From an uncultured Actinomycetes bacterium (GTDB taxonomy: Bacteria; Actinomycetota; UBA4738; HRBIN12): DNA of 13,895 nucleotides. Under the pieces are notes generated by a model. That model was not told where the DNA came from and ran no database searches. It saw only the letters and a program-made list of their open reading frames with translations. Both the position numbers and the translations under genes were made by a program. Shown here piece by piece: positions 5,955 to 12,971 of the stretch (the first letter of the stretch is position 1; each line of letters starts with the position of its first letter). The stretch is taken from contig CAVPIB010000012.1 in assembly GCA_963704885.1 (NCBI GenBank), positions 1-13,895 on the forward strand. Direction: 5' to 3'.

Positions 5955-8059
5955 GCGGGCACCTCGGCATCCGGCAGGCGGAGGCGCCCCTCGATCGTCG
6001 TGCCGCGCCCCGGCGCCGATGTGACCACGAGCCCGCCGTCCTGAGCGCCCAGTCGGTCGGCCATCCCCTGCAGACCGGAACCGCCGACGGTTGATGCCGG
6101 ATCGAAGCCGTGACCATCGTCCGCAACGATGAACGTGAGCTCGCGATCGCGTTCGGCGAGCGACACGGTCACCGAGGACGCGTCCGCGTACTTGGCCACG
6201 TTCTGTAGCGCCTCCAGGCACGAGAAGTAGACGGCGGCCTCGACCTCCTGTGGGTAGCGACCTAGCCCGTCGGCCTCGATCTGCACCGGCAGGCCACTCT
6301 TGCGGCCCTGTGCCGCGAGAGCGGCGGCGAGACCCTTATCGGCCAGGAGCGGTGGGTATATGCCCCTCGCCAGGTCTCGCAGGTCCTCGAGTGCGGAGTT
6401 CGTCTCGCCTTGGAGCTGAGCGAGCAACTCATGGGCTTGCGTCGCGTCGCGCTCGACCACGCCATCCGCCAGCCGCAGTTTCACCGACAGCGCCACCAAC
6501 TGTTGCTGCGCGCCGTCGTGGATGTTGCGCTCCAGCTTGCGACGCTCCTCATCCTGGGCCGAGACCAACCGGCGCTGCGCCGCCTTCAGGTCCTCGAGCC
6601 GGGCCTTGAGCTCCTCGGTCAAGCGGACGTTCCGAAGCACCAACCCTGCCTGGGACGCCAGGCCGGCGATCAGCTTCTCATCCGCTGCGGAGACCGGATC
6701 GCTCACCGGTTTGCGCACCGCGAGCGCGCCCAGCAACTCACCGCCCTGTTCGACCGGATAGACGCGGTCGGCACCCTCGATCAGTGGCATCGCGCCGTTC
6801 GCCAAGGGGATCGCCGCTGTGCCGCTCGCGTCTGGAGGCCAGGCCGCGACATCGCGGAGCTCCCGGTCGACCGCCAGCCAGACGTCGGCCCGATCGGCGC
6901 CGACCCCTTCGCCCAGGATGCGGGCCATACGCCGCAAGACGTCTTCGTCGGCGTAGGCCTCCCCCACTCGCTCGGAGAACTCGGAGAGGACCTCGTAAGG
7001 TGTCGCGCGCTTGCCGTACACCAATCGGTTCGCGAACCGACCGGCCCGGTTGCGTATCGGGAAGATCAGCAACCCGATCGCCAGGCCGATCAGCACCTGC
7101 CAAGCATCTACGCCCGACCCTGAGCCGCGTCCGAGCACGATGGTCGGCAGGGCGATCGCCACCATCAGGTAGAAGGCCGTCACCGCCACGACCACCGTAG
7201 CGAAGATCACGGTCTTCTTGATCACGACGTCCAGGTCGTAGAGGTGGAAACGAAGAACGGCGATGCCGATCGAGAGCGGGAACATGAGGAAGGCCAGCCC
7301 ACCGATCACGGCACTCAGCACCCCTGTCTGGCTGAAGAAGCTGCTGATGACGATCGCCGCGAGGGCGGCCCCGAAGCCGAACACCACCCACTTGATCTGC
7401 TGGCGCTCCACGCCCGCCGACCTGCGGAAGCGGAGGATCAACGAGACGACCGAGGCCGCGAAGATCGCGGGGTACATGATCCCGATGATCGGGTCTAGGT
7501 CAGGCAGGCTCCCAACCGCGTCGACGTAAAGGGGGTTCACCGTCTCGACGTCCCCCGAACCGGTCAGGGTTGGTTGCCCGAACACGAGGCCGACCGCGAT
7601 AAGGGCGACTAACGCCGCGATCACCCACAGCAACGGTCGCCATCTCCTTGATGGGAGATGGCCGTCCGGGAACAACAGCGGCAGGAGGAACACGGTCAGC
7701 AGGATCCCGAAGAGCCACCCCGCGCCGTTGATGAGGCCACTCGATGTGACCCACCAATCGTCGTATCCACGAGGCACCGCGTACGTGAGGATCTCTCCGG
7801 AGAGGAAGGACGCGGCCGTCATGAACGACGCCCACATGAGGAGGAACCCGATAGTGTTCCGTCTGTCGCGGCTGAGGATGAGCGCGCCGACCACGCCGAA
7901 CATCGAGAACGCGATCACGTACGGGATCTGCTCGGCAAGGGACTCGCCGTTGAGCTCGACGAGGACCATGCTGGCCGTCGCCACCACAAGGAAGCCGGCG
8001 AAAACCACCCAGGGCCACCGCGCCGGACGCGCGATCTCCACCTCAGCCGAGGACGACAC
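5951..8059 (-). CDS. Multi-TM sensor histidine kinase (HisKA_3/NarL-type) with GAF-like region; HK1
   Basis: About 9 hydrophobic segments, H-box 'ERRKLERNIHDGAQQQL', N-box 'EALQNVAKYA', G1 'DDGHGF', G2 'GSGLQGMADRL'. GTG 8059 has GGAGG 6 nt upstream and overlaps the end of the cyclase gene. Confidence 0.93.
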   Translation of the reverse strand: MSSSAEVEIARPARWPWVVFAGFLVVATASMVLVELNGESLAEQIPYVIAFSMFGVVGALILSRDRRNTIGFLLMWASFMTAASFLSGEILTYAVPRGYDDWWVTSSGLINGAGWLFGILLTVFLLPLLFPDGHLPSRRWRPLLWVIAALVALIAVGLVFGQPTLTGSGDVETVNPLYVDAVGSLPDLDPIIGIMYPAIFAASVVSLILRFRRSAGVERQQIKWVVFGFGAALAAIVISSFFSQTGVLSAVIGGLAFLMFPLSIGIAVLRFHLYDLDVVIKKTVIFATVVVAVTAFYLMVAIALPTIVLGRGSGSGVDAWQVLIGLAIGLLIFPIRNRAGRFANRLVYGKRATPYEVLSEFSERVGEAYADEDVLRRMARILGEGVGADRADVWLAVDRELRDVAAWPPDASGTAAIPLANGAMPLIEGADRVYPVEQGGELLGALAVRKPVSDPVSAADEKLIAGLASQAGLVLRNVRLTEELKARLEDLKAAQRRLVSAQDEERRKLERNIHDGAQQQLVALSVKLRLADGVVERDATQAHELLAQLQGETNSALEDLRDLARGIYPPLLADKGLAAALAAQGRKSGLPVQIEADGLGRYPQEVEAAVYFSCLEALQNVAKYADASSVTVSLAERDRELTFIVADDGHGFDPASTVGGSGLQGMADRLGAQDGGLVVTSAPGRGTTIEGRLRLPDAEVPA

Positions 8060-9320
8060 GGAACACCTCCACTGGTTCCTCACGCCCCTTCACGTGACGC
8101 GTTCCGATGGGTTCGCTCGCGACACTCGGCGCCGCGGCGACGGTCGACGCTGCGGCCACGATCTCGCCGCCCTCGGCCTCGGACTGCAACCGCTGGGCGA
8201 TGTTCACGGCGTCGCCCACAACCGTGTACTCGAGGCGGCCACCTCCTCCGACCGTCCCGGCGATCACCAGACCGGTGTTCACGCCGATCCCGACCCTGAG
8301 CTCCGGAACGTCTGCGTCCCAGCCCTGCGTGTTCAGCTCCGCTTGGCGCTGTTGCATGGCGATCGCGCAGCGCAGCGCTCGTTCGGCGTGATCGGATGTG
8401 GGCTCAGGAGCTCCGAAGACGACCATCACAGCATCCCCCTGGAACTTGTCGATCATGCCGCCCATCGACAGGACCACCTCCGCCATCGCGGTGAGGTGCT
8501 TGCCGACGACCGTCGCGACGATTCGCGCGGGGAGGCGTTCGGCGAGCGTCGAGAACCCTCGGATGTCCGAGAACAGGACGCTAACCTCTACCTCCTGCGG
8601 CTCGATGGCGATGTCGGGGTGCGCGGCCAACCGATCGGCCAGCTGTTGTGGGACGAACGACGCGAGCGTCTTGCGGGAGGTCGTCTGCTCGACGACGGCT
8701 GCGTGGAGGCGCTTGAACTCGTCCACGAGCCCGGCACCGGCACCGTCGCCGGCCATCCGCTTGAACAACGCGGTGACCTGCGAATCGACGGCCTCTTGGG
8801 TGGTCCCCAGCGCCTCTGCGATCTCCGCGTAGCCAAGACCCTTGGCCATCATGTCGAGCAACTCGCGCTCACGCTCTACCGTGTCGCCGCGGCCCGACAG
8901 GCGCTCGGCGATCGTCGGATCCACGGTGCTGCCTCCCGCGTGTACCTCTCGGATCGCACGAGCGAGCTCGTCGCCCTGGGAGATGCGGTCCTTCAAGAGG
9001 TAGGCCAGGCCGCTATGACCGCCGCCGAGCAAGGCGAGCGCGTAGGCCTCGTCGTCGTGGGCAGACAGGACGACGACGCCGGTATCGGGGTGCGAAGAGC
9101 GGATCGCGTGCGCGCAATCGATCCCCTCCAGCTGGAACGACGGCGGCATCTTGATGTCGGTCACGACGACGTCGGGCGTATGCTCGGCGGCGGTCTCCAG
9201 CAGCGAGGGCGCGTCGACCGCGACCCCGACCACCTCGATGTCTTCGTAGGAATCCAGCAGCGCCCGGACGCCTTCGCGTACGAGGACGTTGTCCTCCCCA
9301 AGCACGACCCGGATGCTCAT
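8043..9320 (-). CDS. Response regulator (REC + degenerate LuxR HTH) fused to a class III adenylate cyclase
   Basis: REC with E9/D10, D55, S86, K110. HTH-like 'ERERELLDMMAKGLGYAEIAEALG'. Cyclase 'VLFSDIRGFS' (D252), 'IDKFQGD' (K292, D296), 'EYTVVGDAVNIAQR' (T366, N373, R377), 'VKGREEPV'. GGAGG 7 nt upstream of the ATG. Confidence 0.93.
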   Translation of the reverse strand: MSIRVVLGEDNVLVREGVRALLDSYEDIEVVGVAVDAPSLLETAAEHTPDVVVTDIKMPPSFQLEGIDCAHAIRSSHPDTGVVVLSAHDDEAYALALLGGGHSGLAYLLKDRISQGDELARAIREVHAGGSTVDPTIAERLSGRGDTVERERELLDMMAKGLGYAEIAEALGTTQEAVDSQVTALFKRMAGDGAGAGLVDEFKRLHAAVVEQTTSRKTLASFVPQQLADRLAAHPDIAIEPQEVEVSVLFSDIRGFSTLAERLPARIVATVVGKHLTAMAEVVLSMGGMIDKFQGDAVMVVFGAPEPTSDHAERALRCAIAMQQRQAELNTQGWDADVPELRVGIGVNTGLVIAGTVGGGGRLEYTVVGDAVNIAQRLQSEAEGGEIVAAASTVAAAPSVASEPIGTRHVKGREEPVEVFRVVLG

Positions 9321-9352
9321 CCCGCTGCCTCCGACCGCTCGATGCCCGCGTG

Positions 9353-9358
9353 TACCAT
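9353..9358 (+). promoter_or_regulatory. -10 box (TACCAT), probable leaderless promoter of the response regulator
   Basis: TACCAT-ccgcgc-ATG(9365), with no SD sequence. Confidence 0.55.
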
Positions 9359-9364
9359 CCGCGC

Positions 9365-10033
9365 ATGATCCGCGTTGTGTTCGCCGAGGATAACTACCTG
9401 GTCAGGGAGGGGACGGCAGCCCTCCTGGCCACCTCGGATCAGATCGAGCTGGTCGGAACCGCGACCACGCGCGACGAGCTGCTCTCGGCCGTCGAGGAGC
9501 ACTCCCCCGACGCGGTCCTCACGGACATCCGCATGCCCCCGACCGGGACCAACGAGGGCATCGAGGCCGCGAAGACGATCCGCTCCACCCACCCGGCGAT
9601 CGGTGTGGTCGTGTTGTCGCAGTTCGTCGAGGAGGACTACGCGTTCGACCTGCTGAAGGACGGCGCCGCCGGCCTCGGCTATCTGCTCAAGGAGCGGGTC
9701 GCCGACGTGGACGAGCTGGTTAGGGCGCTGGGAGAGGTCGCCCGTGGAGGCAGCGTGCTCGACCCCAAGGTCGTCGAGGCGCTCGTCTCGGCCAAGGAGC
9801 GCATGGCGCACTCGCCCCTCGCGCAGCTGACCGATCGCGAACGCGAGGTGCTCTCGCACATGGCGCAAGGAGAGAACAACGCGGCGATCGCCAAGTCGCT
9901 CTTCCTCACCGAACGCGCCGTCGAGAAGCACATCAACTCCCTTTTCCACAAGCTGGGTCTCACGGAGGAGCCCGACGTGCACCGCCGGGTGATGGCAGTG
10001 CTCGCGTTCCTCCGCGAGACCGGCGACGCCTGA
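9365..10033 (+). CDS. NarL/FixJ-family DNA-binding response regulator (REC + LuxR HTH)
   Basis: 'MIRVVFAEDNYLVREG', 'VLTDIRMPP' (D54), 'GYLLKERV', 'LTDREREVLSHMAQGENNAAIAKSLFLTERAVEKHINSLFHKLGL'. Confidence 0.95.
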   Translation: MIRVVFAEDNYLVREGTAALLATSDQIELVGTATTRDELLSAVEEHSPDAVLTDIRMPPTGTNEGIEAAKTIRSTHPAIGVVVLSQFVEEDYAFDLLKDGAAGLGYLLKERVADVDELVRALGEVARGGSVLDPKVVEALVSAKERMAHSPLAQLTDREREVLSHMAQGENNAAIAKSLFLTERAVEKHINSLFHKLGLTEEPDVHRRVMAVLAFLRETGDA

Positions 10034-10035
10034 CA

Positions 10036-10443
10036 TCACTGCGCTCGGCGCGTATCCACGATGAACACCGAGCAAGGCGCGTGGCGCAGGATCATGTTCG
10101 GGACGCTGTCGCGAACGTGCCACCGTCCGCCCTGCGCCCCTCGGTTGCCCACCACGATCGTTTCCGCCAGCTCCTCGGCCGCCACCTCACAGATGCGCTC
10201 GGCCGGCTCTCCTCGCTCAACGCGAGTGCGGGCCGCGACGTCGGGGAACCGCGTCGCTATCCGAGCCAGGTACGCGGAGGGGTCCGCCGCCCGATCGGGG
10301 TCGACCACCGCACGCAGTTCGGACTCGGGCTGCACGTACAGGACCAATAGCTCGGCCCCACGGTCGCGTGCTAGCCGGGCGGCGCTCTCTACGGCCAGAT
10401 CGGCCGCTGCGGATGTATCCGTTCCTACCAAGACGGTGCTCAT
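10036..10443 (-). CDS. Universal stress protein (single domain, 135 aa)
   Basis: ATG 10443 with GAGGAGG upstream. 'MSTVLVGTDTSAAADLAV..A..LA', 'GEPAERICEVA', 'IVVGNRG', 'SVPNMILRHAPCSVFIVDT'. Confidence 0.92.
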   Translation of the reverse strand: MSTVLVGTDTSAAADLAVESAARLARDRGAELLVLYVQPESELRAVVDPDRAADPSAYLARIATRFPDVAARTRVERGEPAERICEVAAEELAETIVVGNRGAQGGRWHVRDSVPNMILRHAPCSVFIVDTRRAQ

Positions 10444-10521
10444 CTGGGGCCTCCTCACTCGTCGCCCCGAACGTACGCTCGGGGGAAGGCGGGGACAGCC
10501 CGGCCGCCACCACCGTTTCCA

Positions 10522-10555
10522 GTGGGTAGCACCACCCACCGGCGGTGGTCTCCAC
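10522..10555. promoter_or_regulatory. GTGG/CCAC inverted-repeat cluster, candidate regulator binding site
   Basis: GTGG-gtagca-CCAC (10522-10535), CCACC-ggc-GGTGG (10536-10548) and GTGG-tct-CCAC (10545-10555) lie in the divergent USP / kinase-operon intergenic region. Confidence 0.4.
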
Positions 10556-10617
10556 TCGCGAACGAAGGCGGGTACCGCCCTTCCGGCCGGGGCTGCGAGG
10601 GGGCGACAATCCGGGGC

Positions 10618-10758
10618 ATGACGACGACCATGGAGGGACGGCCTCAGCTGGCCTTGACCCTGGCCATCACAGGCTCGGTCATCGGAACGCTCATCGCCGG
10701 GAGCCAGCAGCGTCTCACGATGCGTCATCCGATGGTAGGCGCGGAGGACGCATCGTGA
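10618..10758 (+). CDS. Small hydrophobic peptide (46 aa) leading the kinase operon
   Basis: MTTTMEGRPQLALTLAITGSVIGTLIAGSQQRLTMRHPMVGAEDAS*. GACAAT-N7-ATG upstream; its stop overlaps the HK2 start (GTGA, 10755-10758). Confidence 0.5.
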   Translation: MTTTMEGRPQLALTLAITGSVIGTLIAGSQQRLTMRHPMVGAEDAS

Positions 10759-12971
10759 GTCCCGCGACAGCGAAACGCCTTTCGCGCGGGATCATCGGGG
10801 TCGCGCTCGTGATGATCGCGATCTCGCTCTTCGTCGGCATCGCGTCCTCCAAGCACCAACAGCCGGGGCGCATCTTCATCGTCGGTGATGCGACCGTCGG
10901 TGACGGGCCGCTGGTTCATAAGGCGCTCATCGAACGCCAGACGGAGGGCGAGACGTTCACGGTCGGAGCGGTCAACCCGCAGATCGTGATCGCGTTGGTC
11001 GTCGGTCTGCTCTGGATGATCACCGGATCGCTGATCGTGTCGCGCCAGCCGCGGAACGCCGCGGGCTGGATCTTCCTCGCGATCGGTGTTGCCCTCCCTC
11101 TCAGTGGCATGGCCACCACGCTCGCCGTGACGGGTGTGAAGACCGTTGCCGCCTCGGTGCCGCTGGTCGGTCTCTGGGCGGTCGTCAACGAATACAGCTC
11201 CCTTCCGGTCGTCCTGCTCCCCCTGCTCTTCCTGCTCTTCCCCGACGGACGGCCGCCCACGCCTCGCTGGCGATGGGCCGAGCGTGCTTTGTTCGCGGGG
11301 CTCGCGATCGCCATCGTGGGGTTCACGCTGTCCCCGGGGCCACTGAACAACCTCGTCGACCCCGGCATCCTGTACGAGAACCCGATCGGGATCCCCGCGT
11401 TCGCCGGCGTGTCCGACGCGATGACGACGATCGGCGTCGTGTTGTGCCTCATCGCCGGCTTCTCCACGGTCTTCGCGGTCCGAGGTCGCTTCAAGCGCTC
11501 GACGGGCGAGGAACGCCAACAGCTCCGCTGGCTCGTGTTCGTAGCGACGACCGCCGGGATCTTGTTCACGATCCTCTTCGGGATCACCGTCCCCGGCGAT
11601 GTCATCGGCCCGGTGTTCGGAAGCTTGCCGATCTTCGCCGTCCTCTTCCTCCTCCTGGCCGTCGTGATCGCGTTCGGCGTTCCCGGCGCCTACCTGGTCG
11701 CGATCTTCCGATACGGGCTGTGGGAGCTGGACGTCGTGGTGCGCAAGACGATCGTGTATGTGGTACTGGCCTTCCTGCTGCTCGGGACCGGGATCGCGTT
11801 CGTCTGGTTCATAACCGGACTGTTCGCCTCGACGGCTGCGTCGAACGGAAGGGTGGACCTGCTGGCGGGTGTGGCGATCGGTCTGTTGTTCTGGCCGCTT
11901 CGCAAGCTCGCGGTCAGGGTCGCCGATCGTCTCGTCTACGGGGGGCGAGCCACGCCCTACGAGGTTCTGACCTCGTTCGCAGGACGGGTTGGGGAGACAT
12001 ATTCGACCGACGACATCTTGCCCCGGATGGCGCAGGTGCTGGCGAAGGGAGTCGGGGCACAAGGGGCGACGGTGTGGCTCCGGGTCGGGAACGAGCTCCG
12101 CCCCGCCATGACCTGGCCGGTCGGCGCGCCGGATCCGGCTCCGGTGAGGCTGACCGCAGACGCTTTGCCAGTGATCTCCGATCAGCACGCGTCCGAGGTG
12201 AGAGATCAGGGCGAGCTCTTGGGCGCGCTCTCCGTGGCGATGTCCGCCTCGGATCCGATGACGCCCGGGAAGGAAAGGCTGGTCCGCGACCTAGCGTCAC
12301 AAGCCGGACTGGTCCTCCGAAACGTACGCCTGATAGAGGAGCTCCGGGCGTCGCGACAACGACTGGTCACCGCGCAGGACGAGGAGCGGCGCAAGCTCGA
12401 GCGCAACATCCACGACGGAGCGCAGCAGCAGCTGGTCGCCCTCGCGGTCAAGCTCCGGTTAGCGGACACGTTGATGGAACGCGACCCCACGAAGGCCCAC
12501 GAGCTGATGACGCAGCTGCAAGCAGAGACCCACGATGCGTTGGAGGATCTGCGCGACCTCGCACGTGGGATCTATCCGCCGCTGCTCGCGGACAAGGGAT
12601 TGCCTGCCGCACTCGAGGCCCAGGCCAGGAAGGCGGCCGTGCCGACAACGGTGGTCGCCGACGGCGTGACTCGGCACTCGCAGGACGTGGAGGCCGCGGT
12701 CTACTTCTCCTGTCTGGAGGCGATGAGCAACGTCGCGAAGTACGCCTACGCGGCCAGCGCATCCATCGAACTGACCCAAGCCAACGGCCACCTCACATTC
12801 GTGGTCAAGGACGACGGGCGGGGGTTCGATACGCAGGCCAACGGCTACGGAACGGGGCTGCAGGGGATCGCGGATCGGCTCGATGCGATCGGCGGAACGC
12901 TGTCGGTAGCCAGCCGAACGGGAGCTGGGACGACGATCACCGGCACGGTGCCGGAGGCGGTGGAACGATGA
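10755..12971 (+). CDS. Multi-TM sensor histidine kinase (HisKA_3/NarL-type) with GAF-like region; HK2
   Basis: GTG 10755 with GGAGG at 10743-10747. Multi-TM N-terminal half, 'ERRKLERNIHDGAQQQL', 'EAMSNVAKYA', 'DDGRGF', 'GTGLQGIADRL'. Paralog of HK1. Confidence 0.93.
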   Translation: MSPATAKRLSRGIIGVALVMIAISLFVGIASSKHQQPGRIFIVGDATVGDGPLVHKALIERQTEGETFTVGAVNPQIVIALVVGLLWMITGSLIVSRQPRNAAGWIFLAIGVALPLSGMATTLAVTGVKTVAASVPLVGLWAVVNEYSSLPVVLLPLLFLLFPDGRPPTPRWRWAERALFAGLAIAIVGFTLSPGPLNNLVDPGILYENPIGIPAFAGVSDAMTTIGVVLCLIAGFSTVFAVRGRFKRSTGEERQQLRWLVFVATTAGILFTILFGITVPGDVIGPVFGSLPIFAVLFLLLAVVIAFGVPGAYLVAIFRYGLWELDVVVRKTIVYVVLAFLLLGTGIAFVWFITGLFASTAASNGRVDLLAGVAIGLLFWPLRKLAVRVADRLVYGGRATPYEVLTSFAGRVGETYSTDDILPRMAQVLAKGVGAQGATVWLRVGNELRPAMTWPVGAPDPAPVRLTADALPVISDQHASEVRDQGELLGALSVAMSASDPMTPGKERLVRDLASQAGLVLRNVRLIEELRASRQRLVTAQDEERRKLERNIHDGAQQQLVALAVKLRLADTLMERDPTKAHELMTQLQAETHDALEDLRDLARGIYPPLLADKGLPAALEAQARKAAVPTTVVADGVTRHSQDVEAAVYFSCLEAMSNVAKYAYAASASIELTQANGHLTFVVKDDGRGFDTQANGYGTGLQGIADRLDAIGGTLSVASRTGAGTTITGTVPEAVER

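Noticed and set aside
6640-6930. GAF-like region of the kinases as a cAMP feedback sensor
   Set aside because: The region appears shortened and I see no cNMP-binding GAF signature such as NKFDE; it is unsupported beyond speculation.
7728-9368. 546-aa plus-strand ORF
   Set aside because: Antisense shadow of the cyclase and HK1 genes; no recognisable motifs, and long stop-free antisense frames are expected at this GC content.
10444-10754. Long N-terminal extensions of HK2 (from 10545) and the USP (from 10728)
   Set aside because: The extensions are low-complexity and overlap each other; strong SD sequences support starts at 10755 and 10443.
10725-12188. 487-aa minus-strand ORF
   Set aside because: Antisense to HK2; its Arg/Asp/Glu/His-rich composition mirrors the hydrophobic codons on the coding strand.
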